From Candidatus Kerfeldbacteria bacterium (GTDB lineage: Bacteria > Patescibacteriota > Patescibacteriia > UBA10025 > JAHIVO01), in NCBI GenBank assembly GCA_047946875.1, contig CP181398.1, forward strand, positions 207,154-271,153: 64,000 bases of DNA, written 5' to 3'. The position numbers were made by a program, and so were the translations under genes. Each line of letters opens with the position of its first letter. The stretch's first letter is position 1. Below, one piece after another: positions 9,263 to 20,600 of the stretch. The notes beneath the pieces are model-generated. The model had not been told where the DNA came from and did no database searches. It saw only the letters and a program-made list of their open reading frames with translations.

Positions 9263-10396
9263 CTAGAATGGTAATTCGTTACCTGGATTATCTTCAGTCG
9301 GTGTACTAGATCTACCTTTATAATAACCAGTCGTTAGGATACCTATTACTACTAGTATCCATGGCCACCAGAGATATGTCTGAGCACAGAAATATCGGTA
9401 GTAAACTATTAAGCCAATGAAAGTTATTAGCAAAGGGAATATCCACCAGTTTGGTGATTTATGCTTTTTCTCGTAGATAAAATAGATTGCAAGAATCAAA
9501 GCGTAAATAATTAGTAGTGTAAATGTTAAACCGTGAGCGATGTTAATACATTCTTCATCTTCTTCTTTATTATTACCTTCTTCGTTATTATTTTCTTCTT
9601 CTTTATTACTTTCAAGAGTCATAAGTTCAGCTTTTTCAACATCTTCATTTAATGTTTCTTCGTTGATATCTTCATTTGTTTCAGTCAAATCTTCTTCTGT
9701 ATCTACGAGTTCTTCTTCATCTTCAGTTGGGATAATAGGGTCTGCTAGAAGAGTAATTGTATTTTTATGAACAATAATGCCAGGGGACATTTCAATATCT
9801 CCAATACTTGCTGTGACATATCCGATGCCTGCGCTATTTGCGGCTACCAAACCGCTAGTATTTACAGAAGTATAAACTCCGTCGGTAATCCATTTGAATT
9901 CAGCGTCAGTAACTGTATTTCCTGCTGCATCAAAAGCAACGGCAGTAAATTGTTGAGTACCTCCAATATTAATATTAGTAGGTTTATTGTTAGGAGTTAC
10001 GACTATTGAAGTTGCGATTCCTGCTTTTACATTAATTTGCCATACTTGATTGTCGTAGCCATTATTATCATCATTAGCTTCTACGACTATATTGTACATA
10101 CCAACAATATTTGGTTCCCAAGTTATAGTATTATCTACTAAAGTCACTCCTGTAGGTGAGTTTGTTAACTTGAAGCTAATATCATCATCATCACTATCTG
10201 TAGCTGTTAGCGAATACTGATAAGTTTGATCGGTCGTCACGACAAGTGTTGGATTTGATGTGATTACTGGTGCATGATTAATAGTTTGTGCACTAGTAAT
10301 ATTTGGTGTAAAAACCACCAATAAAATTGCAGTTAGACAGATGCTACTGTATATAAATGCCCTCCGCAAGGCTTTTTGCGTCATATTTGTGTACAT
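9263..10396 (-). CDS. Secreted Ig-like (He_PIG/Big_2) protein with acidic linker and C-terminal TM helices
   Basis: Signal peptide; NHAPVITS..YQYSLTATDSD; TQQFTAVAFD; three C-terminal TMs. Confidence 0.75.
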   Translation of the reverse strand: MYTNMTQKALRRAFIYSSICLTAILLVVFTPNITSAQTINHAPVITSNPTLVVTTDQTYQYSLTATDSDDDDISFKLTNSPTGVTLVDNTITWEPNIVGMYNIVVEANDDNNGYDNQVWQINVKAGIATSIVVTPNNKPTNINIGGTQQFTAVAFDAAGNTVTDAEFKWITDGVYTSVNTSGLVAANSAGIGYVTASIGDIEMSPGIIVHKNTITLLADPIIPTEDEEELVDTEEDLTETNEDINEETLNEDVEKAELMTLESNKEEENNNEEGNNKEEDEECINIAHGLTFTLLIIYALILAIYFIYEKKHKSPNWWIFPLLITFIGLIVYYRYFCAQTYLWWPWILVVIGILTTGYYKGRSSTPTEDNPGNELPF

Positions 10397-10599
10397 TGAT
10401 TAATTAGTTTAAAAATTATATAATTCCTTCATTTTATTAAAAAAAACTGATTTAGTCAAGGGTATTTAACTAAAAACCCCCCTAAATAATAGGAGGGCTG
10501 TGGATAACTCAAATAAAATTATTTAAAAAATTAATGATTTGGTTTGTCCTGAATCTGCCTATCAACAGATAGGCGTAGTGAAGGAATCACGTCCGAAAT

Positions 10600-12187
10600 T
10601 TATATAATTTGGATTACTTTTGGCACTTGTTCTAAGAAGTGAGGGTGTAATAATATTGCAGTACCAGCGATTACTATTACAACAATTGACTGAATTATCA
10701 TATGAGGATGTTGAACTTTGATTTCTACAGCAATATTTATTAGTAGCATGATAACTAAGAACAATATTAATATTAAATAAAATTGCTGAGAATATTCAAT
10801 TAGCGTTGCTACAAATCCTTGAGATTTTTCACCTGCTAATTCTGCTGTACCTAATACATTAGCTGATAAGTCTGACTCAGGTATATTATTTTGTACTGGT
10901 AAAGTTTCTTCAGAGGCAAGCGGTTTTTCTTCTACTAGTGGTGGCTCTTGGTTTGTATTAGTAGGAGTTGTAGAAAGTGGAGTAGTAACTACTTCAACTT
11001 CAGTTTCACTAGATTGTTCAGGAGGAGCGACTACCACAATTGGTAATTCTATTGACCCACCGTCAATCCAGCCATTATTCTCGGAAACTAGGCCAAATGA
11101 TTCTTCAAATGTTCCTGCTTCACTTGGTGCTTCTAATATAAATTCAAATCTTCCTACTTCACCTGATCTAACAACTGATTGTGTTAGGATGGCAGGTCTA
11201 TAGTATTCAACCCAAGTTTCACTTTCAAATTCACTTTCTCGAGCAGTTGGGTTTGTTACATTTAGGGCGACAAAGTAATTACCACTGTTTGTCCAAGTAG
11301 CTGTACCGGTATTTTTGAAATCAACCCAGAAAGATATTTCTTCTAATGTTTTAATACCTAGGTCATTAGCACTTTGGTCAGTAAGTTCTGCCTTATAGTA
11401 AACAGGTTCTGGAGTAGGGGTTGGAGGGTTCAGGGACTGGTGTAGGTGTAGGTTCTGGAGTAGGGGTTGGTGCTGGATCAGGGACTGGTGTAGGTGTAGG
11501 TTCTGGAGTAGGGGTTGGAGTTGGTTCAGGGACAACAACTGGAGCAGGAGCTTCATAAGGAGTACCAAAATGCTCTACTAGGATCATTGTTTCATGACCT
11601 TCTAATACACCTTCAATGACAGCTATTCCCATCTGAGTATATTTAGTATTCATTATATTTTTTTCATGGGTTGGACTATTCATAAAGGCGACATGAACAG
11701 AGGAAGCGCTGGAAAAATCCATTGCTAAATTTTCACCTGCAGCTGTGTAAGCATAGCCAGCTTCTTTAATAAAATACCACGGCTTTGTTCCGTCAGGAGC
11801 TGTGTGAGCAAAATAATCATTCTCAACCATATGCTGTGCTTTTAATAAAGCAGCTTGGTTTAATTGTGGACTAATAGTTAATGCAGCAACGCCAGCTTCT
11901 GCTCTAGATTGATTGGTTAGACTGAGTATTTCTGCTTCAGTGATTGTGGCGAATTGGCCAGGGGATGGGTATGATAAAAATAAAAAAGTAGTAACAAAAA
12001 CTTTTATACCAATAATGAAGTAAGTATAAATTCGTAGAGCAAGAGGTCTTAAAGCGTGAGGTTTATGACTATTACCTTTGTGAGGTATCAAAAAATGCTT
12101 AGCGTGTTTAGGAACACGTTTAGCATGATGAATCACCTTATGGCGAAGCTTCATTTTATTCTTTTGTTCTTCTTTTTTCTCTGTCAT
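10600..12187 (-). pseudogene. CAP/SCP-domain + Pro-Thr linker + NBR1-like Ig domain membrane protein, split by a frameshift near 11426
   Basis: CAP motifs YFAH, AGENLA, MNSPTHEKNI in 11393..12226; FKNTGTATW Ig domain and TMs in 10600..11568; 2-nt deletion in one repeat copy. Confidence 0.8.
11405..11533 (-). repeat. 48-nt tandem repeat encoding the (PEPTPTP) linker
   Basis: GGTTCTGGAGTAGGGGTTGG occurs three times with about 48-nt period. Confidence 0.85.
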
Positions 12188-12397
12188 ATAACTATAAGTT
12201 ATTATATCAGATACTAATTTCAACAATCAAGTCTACCATTCTTATTCCGTTTTGTCAAGGGGGTAGGCAGACAGGTTATTTTGGTATTTTGACTACCCGA
12301 TCGCACCTTAGAAAAGGCGCTCTCAATCAAATTTTAATGGATATTCTATTGCTTATAAGAGCATGCTTTTAGCGTGCGACCCCAAAAAACAATAACC

Positions 12398-12427
12398 AAA
12401 AACAGCCTCTTAGCAGAGGCTGTTTTT
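12398..12427 (-). terminator. Intrinsic terminator
   Basis: AAAAACAGCCTCT-tagc-AGAGGCTGTTTTT. Confidence 0.8.
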
Positions 12428-12444
12428 GTATTTAAAGTATTCTA

Positions 12445-13911
12445 TTACTTTTTAGCTACAGTTAGTTTCATTGCTACCCCGGAAAAGATTAATAATAATC
12501 CTGCTCCGATAAGATAAGCAAATGTCATAGTTGAGCCACCTGTTACTGGTAGTTCTTCACCAAGTACTACAACTGCTCTTAATTCTACATCAGCAGTATC
12601 AAATACATTAGCTACTCCTTGTGCCCATACTTCGGCAGTATTCCTATAAATACCTGGCTCATTGTCTTTCAAGATAATAACATCGTAAGTAGTAGTTACT
12701 GAGTTACCAGGAGCGATAATGCCTAGCATCCAAGTATGAGTAGGAGCTAATGTGTCTGTGAATTGCATACCAGCAGCAATATGATCTATTAATACTGTAT
12801 CAACTGCCATAGAGTCTCCATCGTTAGTTATTACGATAGTGTAGCTAATAGTATCACCTGGGTTAGCAAATTCAACGCTAGCAGTTTTATCTATAGTTAA
12901 TGAAGGTAATGCTTCTTCACCTAGGACAATAGGGATTAATACTTCTTCTGCTACTGCGGTTGTAGCATCATCTTTGACAGCGGTAAGTCCTACAGCTTCG
13001 ACAGATGCAATATTTGTATAGTCTCTTGTTACAGCATCATCTTCAATGATTACTACGTATTCAATGGTTTTTGATTTATCACGAAGAATTGTGTCTAATT
13101 TCCATTGTTTTGCAGTGGTGCCATCTAGTTGATAGATTAAGCCTTCTGGCAATATATCATCTACTTTTACATCAAAGGCTGTTTGGTCGCCAGTATTTTT
13201 AACAACGATTGTATAATTTAAAGTATCACCAGGGTTTGCTTCTGTAACATCTACACTTTTTTCAATAGTTAAGTCTGGACCATCAGGAATAGAACAAGTA
13301 TCAAGGCTAGCAAAAGAAATAGCTAACTGACCCCAGTCATCACATCCGCCCCAAATTTCATCTGTGGCACGAATTTCAATAGTAAGTACACCTTTCATAC
13401 TTTCATCAAGTGGGAACTTTGCGGTATACCATTCTTCTGTAGAGTCATTTTTATCTGTATACGAATCAATAGGCACTTTATTTATATAAACTTCAAAGCT
13501 GTCATCATTGCTTAAACCGTCAAGATGTCTAACGGTAAGTAATTTAGCACCGTTATCACCAGCGTCTAGAGTAAAGAAGGCTGATTTATCATTATTTTTA
13601 TCACATGTTTTTTCGATCACCATTCTGAAGTTTCCGTCATCACCATATCCATAACTAGAACCGCCACTATGGATTATAGGATCACTCCATCCATATCCTG
13701 ATAAAATATGCCCAATCTCACTGGTAGTATCACCGATGTTTACAGAATCGGTGTTTTGATGATAATCACCACCATTATCACAGGTTAGTGTTGATATGGA
13801 TTGTGCATTTGTTGCTTGTGGTGCCAATAAAATGGCACCAAAAAGTCCAAAAATAGCCACCATTATGACCAAGGTGGATTTCATTTTGAACCTATTCATT
13901 ACATTTTTCAT
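12445..13911 (-). CDS. Secreted DUF11-repeat protein with LPxTG-type sorting signal
   Basis: Signal peptide; two LTI.K....ANPGDT..YTIV..N.G repeats; VLGEELPVTGG, TM helix, basic tail. Confidence 0.85.
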   Translation of the reverse strand: MKNVMNRFKMKSTLVIMVAIFGLFGAILLAPQATNAQSISTLTCDNGGDYHQNTDSVNIGDTTSEIGHILSGYGWSDPIIHSGGSSYGYGDDGNFRMVIEKTCDKNNDKSAFFTLDAGDNGAKLLTVRHLDGLSNDDSFEVYINKVPIDSYTDKNDSTEEWYTAKFPLDESMKGVLTIEIRATDEIWGGCDDWGQLAISFASLDTCSIPDGPDLTIEKSVDVTEANPGDTLNYTIVVKNTGDQTAFDVKVDDILPEGLIYQLDGTTAKQWKLDTILRDKSKTIEYVVIIEDDAVTRDYTNIASVEAVGLTAVKDDATTAVAEEVLIPIVLGEEALPSLTIDKTASVEFANPGDTISYTIVITNDGDSMAVDTVLIDHIAAGMQFTDTLAPTHTWMLGIIAPGNSVTTTYDVIILKDNEPGIYRNTAEVWAQGVANVFDTADVELRAVVVLGEELPVTGGSTMTFAYLIGAGLLLIFSGVAMKLTVAKK

Positions 13912-14064
13912 AGATTATATACTTAGTAAATTGTTAGGTTTTTTATTTTTTTTGATATATTTATGTGTGAATTATTATACCACTACTATCGAAAAGAGCC
14001 AACCTTATTTGCTGAATGCTTAATATGTGGTCGGCTTTTCTTTATAGTAGTCTAAAAGTTAATT

Positions 14065-14730
14065 TTAGCTATTATTTTTTGTCTTTGCTATGGTTAGTCT
14101 GAGCACTATAACTGTAACCGTTAGTAGTATTAAAGCTACAATAAATATCAGTAATAATTGTCCTCCTGTTACTGGTAATTCAACCCCTAAAACAATTGGT
14201 TTTTTTGTTTCTATTGGATATTTTATTTCAGTTTCATCACCAAGTATTTTAGGTAGTATATAACCAATTTGAATATTAAATATTGATGATTTTAGTTGAT
14301 AGGGGTTGCCAACGCTAGTTGGAAAATCAGCATTAATAGTTAAAGTTTTAGTTTCAGATTTTTGAATTTTAATTAAACTTATTTCACCTAAGTCTAATAG
14401 ATTTGCTAAACTCTTTGGATCTGAAGAGCCACCATAAATTATATTTCCATTTTCAAAAATTTCAAATAGTATTTGATCATCTAAATCGAAGGTTGAAGTA
14501 CCGATGAATTTAATGCCGATAGTTTTTTCTTCTGTGGAGTTATTAGTAACTGTGATGGTCTCACTGGCCGTGTCTCCTGGCACGATACCTGTTTCAAAAA
14601 ACAGTGGATCGTGAGAAAATACAACGTCGAGGTCTCCGAGCTCAGCTTTGGCAGTTTGAGGGACAAAAATAAGAATAGCAATAATTATTATGCTTATTTG
14701 AAATATTTTTTTGTATAAAGTGTTTTTCAT
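14065..14730 (-). CDS. Secreted protein with LPxTG-type sorting signal
   Basis: Signal peptide (AKA); PGDT...ITVTN; VLGVELPVTGG, TM helix, basic tail. Confidence 0.8.
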   Translation of the reverse strand: MKNTLYKKIFQISIIIIAILIFVPQTAKAELGDLDVVFSHDPLFFETGIVPGDTASETITVTNNSTEEKTIGIKFIGTSTFDLDDQILFEIFENGNIIYGGSSDPKSLANLLDLGEISLIKIQKSETKTLTINADFPTSVGNPYQLKSSIFNIQIGYILPKILGDETEIKYPIETKKPIVLGVELPVTGGQLLLIFIVALILLTVTVIVLRLTIAKTKNNS

Positions 14731-14734
14731 ATAA

Positions 14735-16012
14735 TTAATTTGCTGGACACAAGGTTACATTGGGTTCTCCAGGAGAAGGTTCACAATTTTCTACGAAGTC
14801 ACTTGGTTGGTCAGTATCATAACCAACTGGATCTCTAGAAAGTGAATTTCCTTCAGCTACTCCAGGTACTGTTGGATTCCAAAGGTAGGTATTATTTATA
14901 TAACTCATTTGATCTACGATTTCGAACGTTTTATTTTTTAAGATAATGAAGTCACCAGCATTGTCGTATATTTGATAGATTGGAGGACCGCCTTCACCAA
15001 GTTCAATAATTTGAATATTTTCTAGATTTCCAAGATTAGTGAACCCCCAGTACTGAGTCCAGGTATTTGCACTTTTTGATAATAGAGCATAGCCATTGGC
15101 GGGTACATACTTATTTGCGCGGATCAAAAATATTGCTTCGTTATCAGTTAAGGTCCAATTTTTTAGGCTGATGTTAAAATCACAATTATTATAGATTTCA
15201 ACCCACTCATCCGGATTATTATTTTGTGGACCGTTTTGGTCGGGACCGTTCATATCTTCACCATCCAAGCCGTGTTCTTCATCAACGTCATAATATACTT
15301 CATTGATTACCAGACAGTCTGTTTCATCAATCCAGGCTCCAGATATCATAGTATTGTTTTTACTATTCTCAACATCTATAAAATAAGAGTTGGTGGCGAC
15401 GGTAGAAATGCCCAGGACACATAGTATTAAAATTATTATTTTTGTAATATTGACCTGTTCGGTTTTGACTGAGGTTTTTTTCTTTTTCTTTTGGATTTTC
15501 AACCATTCTTTTTTTAGTTTCTTTGATTCTTCCCAAATAATTATCGTGGCCGGAATGACGATCAAAATTATCAATCCTGGTAATGTTTTGGCGTAGCCTA
15601 TTGGGTAGCCGATATAGGGAATATGAAATAACATTTTGCCGATCACTGCAGTTTTTAGGACCGGTGCAGTATCAATATTTTCATTAGCATCACCTTTGGT
15701 TTGGAAGGTACTTTCGGTAATACTTTCAATACGATGAGTTGTAGTTTTTTTATTATTTGCTGAATCATTGAAGGTAATAACATCGCCAGTGCTGTATGTG
15801 TCAGCAGGAAGTACGACTGCCAAGCTACCCGTCTTTATATTTGGTTCCATAGATCCTGATTGCACAGTATATAATTTATACATACCTGGGATCGGTAAGA
15901 CAGAAAGTATAATAGCGATAAAAACGATTCCAAAAATGGAAATAACAATATTACGGAATAATTTTCCGGTTTTAATTTTTTTATTTAATTTTATTAGTTT
16001 GAATGATTTCAT
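14735..16012 (-). CDS. sipW: Signal peptidase I (SipW/S26B) fused to a SipW-type signal peptide and a lamin-tail domain
   Basis: VQSGSMEP, TTHRI, TKGDAN, IPYIGY; then TNSYFIDVENS..N...G.W; LVINEVYYD, DEWVEIYN (LTD). Confidence 0.85.
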   Translation of the reverse strand: MKSFKLIKLNKKIKTGKLFRNIVISIFGIVFIAIILSVLPIPGMYKLYTVQSGSMEPNIKTGSLAVVLPADTYSTGDVITFNDSANNKKTTTHRIESITESTFQTKGDANENIDTAPVLKTAVIGKMLFHIPYIGYPIGYAKTLPGLIILIVIPATIIIWEESKKLKKEWLKIQKKKKKTSVKTEQVNITKIIILILCVLGISTVATNSYFIDVENSKNNTMISGAWIDETDCLVINEVYYDVDEEHGLDGEDMNGPDQNGPQNNNPDEWVEIYNNCDFNISLKNWTLTDNEAIFLIRANKYVPANGYALLSKSANTWTQYWGFTNLGNLENIQIIELGEGGPPIYQIYDNAGDFIILKNKTFEIVDQMSYINNTYLWNPTVPGVAEGNSLSRDPVGYDTDQPSDFVENCEPSPGEPNVTLCPAN

Positions 16013-16022
16013 AAAACCTTTA

Positions 16023-16060
16023 TTCTCCCGCCCATTTTGAAGATTTGAGCGGGAGAGAAA
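16023..16060 (-). terminator. Stem-loop after the TasA-like gene
   Basis: TCTCCCGC...GCGGGAGA. Confidence 0.55.
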
Positions 16061-16075
16061 AGCTTCAATTACTGT

Positions 16076-17242
16076 TTATAGATCAGTGTAGGTAATAAAA
16101 TTCATTTCCATTAAATACTCAGTAGGAGTCCATGGACTAAAGCTTGTACCAGAGGTAGGTACTACCCAGATTTTTGCACCGGATGCGATATTGGCATCTG
16201 CAGCTACTGGAAGACTCATACCTAATTCAACATTACCGTTTACATTTGCATATCCACTAGCATTAGGCATAAATGGAGTACCAATTGCAAAACCATTTGT
16301 GCTTGGCCATGGATCAGCATAATAATACAGTGTGTATTCTGTAGATGGATTTAAGCCCATTACTTCTAATGTGTAGTTAAAAGTATCATTAGAAGTAATA
16401 TAGGTTAGTTCGCCATTAGCATTACCAGTTGGTACCCAAGTACCGTCGTCCAGTTCTACTTTGTTTTCTAATTGCAATACAGTTCTTTCAGATGGGTTTG
16501 GTGCTGGGCAAGTGAATTCTTCATTATTTCTTGCTTGTTCAATATAGAACCAGATGTCAGCTGTTAACTGGTCTGTTTGTGAAGCATTGGTTACAGCGGA
16601 ACCGTTACATGATAGTTCGAAACCATCCATGTCAACAAACATGTCGCCATAGCACCAGTAGATTCCCATGTAAGTTGTCTCTCCACCAGGAAGCATTCCT
16701 AAAGGATACGATCTGCCGTTTAATACATCACTAGCCGGACCATAAGTATTTGAGAATAATGGTAGTTCATCATATTCCCAGATATTATCGCCATCATCAG
16801 CCCAAGCGAAGAAACTGATTTCTTCTGCTAATTCACCATTTCCAATTCCATCAGTTGTATCAACTTTTGCTTCTGGTTCGGTCAAGCCTAAATCATCGTT
16901 AGTCATGTGATCAATCATTAGACAACCATAAGCATCGTTGCTATCAACATGCAAGCTGATTGTATTTTCGCCGAAATCACCCGGTTTTACATCAGTGAAG
17001 TTGAAGAATTTTTCATAGGTGAGATCTGTGGCGTCCCAAGTACCACATTCTGCAGATGCGTCGCCGTTGTAGGTACATTCACTATCCACGGTTAGGTCGA
17101 TGGCGCCTGAGGTAAACTGGTTACCTTCAGAAACTTCTGTGTCGCTAAAGAAAGCGCTTGTACTTGCTACAGCAAATACCGCTACTAAAGCAATAGTACC
17201 CAAGCTAATGAGTACGCGTTTGTTCAAAAAGAATTTTTTCAT
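16076..17242 (-). CDS. TasA/camelysin-like protein with SipW-dependent signal peptide
   Basis: STSAFFSDTEVSEGNQFTSGAIDL; DVKPGD; adjacent to sipW. Confidence 0.85.
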   Translation of the reverse strand: MKKFFLNKRVLISLGTIALVAVFAVASTSAFFSDTEVSEGNQFTSGAIDLTVDSECTYNGDASAECGTWDATDLTYEKFFNFTDVKPGDFGENTISLHVDSNDAYGCLMIDHMTNDDLGLTEPEAKVDTTDGIGNGELAEEISFFAWADDGDNIWEYDELPLFSNTYGPASDVLNGRSYPLGMLPGGETTYMGIYWCYGDMFVDMDGFELSCNGSAVTNASQTDQLTADIWFYIEQARNNEEFTCPAPNPSERTVLQLENKVELDDGTWVPTGNANGELTYITSNDTFNYTLEVMGLNPSTEYTLYYYADPWPSTNGFAIGTPFMPNASGYANVNGNVELGMSLPVAADANIASGAKIWVVPTSGTSFSPWTPTEYLMEMNFITYTDL

Positions 17243-17600
17243 AATTTTTTTGATTATTAATTAATTTTTTAAATAGGTCTAACAATAAGTAGCCTACTTT
17301 TAAAACAGTTAGCCTCCCAAAAGAAGACTACTTAAACAAAAAGAACAGTAATTTAATAAATTACTGTTAGTTCGACCTTTTTTAAATAAAACACCCTGAT
17401 TTTGACAATGATTAATTGGCCAGAGTAGTTTATTTAAAAAAAGTGAATTTAGTCTATACATTGATATAATGTTGCTTTTAAGTATTAGTAAATAGCACTT
17501 CCTCCTAAAGATGTGTTATTGCTGGTATTTTTTTATTTTTTATATTCTTTAACATTATAAGTATTAAGGTAACATCGGTCAAGTTGATAACTCTCACCCT

Positions 17601-17630
17601 AAAAAGCAGGTCCGTAAGGACCTGCTTTTT
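17601..17630 (-). terminator. Intrinsic terminator after the giant adhesin
   Basis: AAAAAGCAGGTCC-gtaa-GGACCTGCTTTTT. Confidence 0.85.
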
Positions 17631-17644
17631 GTTATCAAAATGTG

Positions 17645-20600
17645 TTATTCTTTTTTACTTACAGTTAACTTCAGTGTATATGCAGAGAAGAGTAAGATTA
17701 GAGCTGCTGCAAATATATATAGGAATTGCATAGCTGAACCACCAGTTGTAGGTAATTCTTCACCTAATACTATAGGGGCTCTTACTTCTACATTTGCGAA
17801 GTCTGTTACATTCCCATGATTATCGGCCCAAGCAACTGCAAGGTTTTCATAATCACCAGGTAAGATTGTACCATTGGAGATTGCTGTGTAAGTGATAATT
17901 TTTGATTCACCGTGTAAGATATCTCCTAGGTTAAATGTTTTTGTAACTGTACCGTCTATGAATGTGAAACCAGCAGGTAGTAAGTCTTGTAATTTTACAT
18001 TGATAGCTACAGCTTCAGCTTGAGCATCACCAATGTTAGTAATAACAACAGTGTAAACTACACTATCGCCAGGATTGATAAATTGTTTATCAACTGTTTT
18101 CTCTATTACTAAGACTGGGTCTGCTTCTTCAGATTTTACAGTAGGTATTCTAACTTCTACTGTGGCGATATCATCAATACTTGGATGATTATCAGACCAG
18201 GTAATAGCTAGATTATCATAGAATCCTGCATCTACTTCTGAACCTATTAATACATTATAAGTAGTAGTGATAGAATCACCAACTATCATATCGCCAAGTG
18301 ACCATTCACGAGTTGCTAGACCAGTGTCTTCATAAACGAATCCATCTGGTAAAAGGTCAGAAAGTATAGTGTTGATAGAAGTATCAGTACCGACGTTAGT
18401 AACTACTACAGTGTAGGTTACTAAGTCTCCTCTGTTAACATAAGTAGTTGGTTCTACAGTTTTAACTATTGTTAAGACAGGAGCTGACTTTACAGTTACT
18501 TTTGATTCGTCCTCTAAATATTGTGGATCTGAATTATCAGCAGCAATTTTTGCGATGTTAATAATTTCAGTTCCGTTTGCTACAGGTACATTTAATGTAG
18601 CTGTATAAGTAACGAATCCAGAAGCGTTAGGTTGTTGTGTTCCGAAATCCCAAGTAATAGTTCTAGTTGTATCATCCCATTTTGGAGGAGTGACAGTAGG
18701 AATTGAAGAAGTAATAGATGCTACGTCTAGATTTAATTCAGCAGGGATAATGTCAGTTAAGACAACGTTAGTAGCAATAGAATTTCCAGCTACACTCCAG
18801 TCAATGTGATAAGCAACTGTCTCAGTAGTTTCTAAGATACCGTCGCCACCTTGAGCTACTTCTTGATCATTATATTTATCTAGAGTTAAAGTAATCTTTT
18901 CAGCATTACCGAATTCGAAGTATTCTTCCTGGCTATTGTTATCATAACCTGACATTATGACGATTGGACCGAATACACCGCCTACAGGGGCATATTGATA
19001 CCAACCAGTTTGCATTGTTTCAGATAACCAGTAAGTGCCGGCAACTATTCCGGTGAATTCAAACATTCCGAATTCATTGGTAAGTGTTTGGGCAATGATT
19101 GTTCCAGGTTGACCAGTATTGTCTTCGTGTAGGTTAATTTCCCAACCTTGTAAACCAGTCTCTTGGCCATCCCATTGTCTGTTATTATTAATATCTTCAA
19201 ATTTGTAACCTGTAATTATTCCAAGTTGGAAATTACCGAAGTTGTTGTCTTGACTGTTAGTACCACTTACAACAGTAATTGTTGCTGGGTCAGTAGTCAT
19301 TTGTGTCCAACCTGTTTTTAAGGTTTCAGTTACATTGTAGTCACCAGCTTGTAGGCCAGTGAATGAATAGTAACCGTTTGCGTCAGTAACATCAGATGAA
19401 CCGTTATCAAGATTGATAGTCCAACCAGCTAAAGCAAGTTCTCCAGTATCCCAAGTTTTATTTCCATTTACATCTTCGAATTTATATCCAGAGATTTTAC
19501 CTTTTTTATAATTACCAAAGTCAACATCAGTGATATCTGAACCACTTGTAATTGTAATTGGTGCTGGGTTAGAGGTAGTTCTTATCCAAGCAGTGTTTGA
19601 CTCATCTTCAGTTACTGTCCAGTCACCAGCAGTTAAACCAGTGAATTCATAGGAACCGTCGGTAAGTGTTTGTGTGCTTGTTGCCCAGTTACCGGAGATG
19701 TAGATTGTCCAACCAGCAATAGCAGGTTCTCCAGCATCCCATACTCCGTCACCGTTTAGGTCATTAAATTTATGTCCTGAGATTTTTGTATCTTTGAAAT
19801 TACCGAAATCAATATCATCAACATCTTGGCCACTTACCGCAATAATATCTGCTGGATTTGTAGTTGTTTGTGTCCATCCAGTTTGTTGTACTTCACGCAC
19901 ACGGTATGTACCTGGAGCAAGATCATCAAAACTATATCTTCCAACACCGTTGGTTACAGTGATATCAAGAACATTATTTTGTGCATCACGTAATTCAATC
20001 GTCCATCCTACTAGACCAGTCTCGCCACTATCTTTTGTACCATTGCCGTTTATATCTTCAAATTTTTGTCCTGCGATATAAATATTATCAAAGTTACCGA
20101 AGTTATAACCACTAACATCAGTTCCTGAAGTAACGTCTATTGGTCCTAGAATTTGTCCCTGGCCTGGGAATGTTTGTGTCCAACCGCCCTGTTGTACTTC
20201 ATTGAGGTAGTAGGTTCCTTTTTCTAGACCAGTGAATTCATATCTACCGTTTGAGTCAGTTATATCAGTATCAAGTACCGTGGACATATCATCAGCAAGT
20301 AATTGGATAGTCCATCCTAAGAGTGTAGGTTCTCCTGTATTCCAAATTCCGTCACCATTAAGATCGTTCCATTTTTGTCCGGTGATTTCACCGAGTTTGA
20401 AATTTCCAAACCATACACTTTCTAAATCTCCATTAGTAATTGTAACTGTTTTGGTCAATGTTCCATTTCCCGGTTCTGTGTTTGTCCAACCCGTTTGTTG
20501 GGTTTCAACTACATCATATGAACCAGTTGGAAGATTTCTGATTATAAGGTATGGAGAATCTTGTGGATCTTGACCGGTTGTTCCGGATGCGACTACTGTG

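Noticed and set aside
11405-11533. Periodic repeat as a possible CRISPR array
   Set aside because: No unique spacers, it encodes a Pro-Thr linker, and no cas genes are present
12261-12298. GGGTAG...CTACCC as a second REP doublet
   Set aside because: The termini match the RAYT-internal element but the internal hairpins are absent; too weak to call
17250-17600. c-di-GMP or other known riboswitch upstream of the TasA-like gene
   Set aside because: I could not find the GGCAAA/GACGCAAA-type core; only AT-rich hairpins are present
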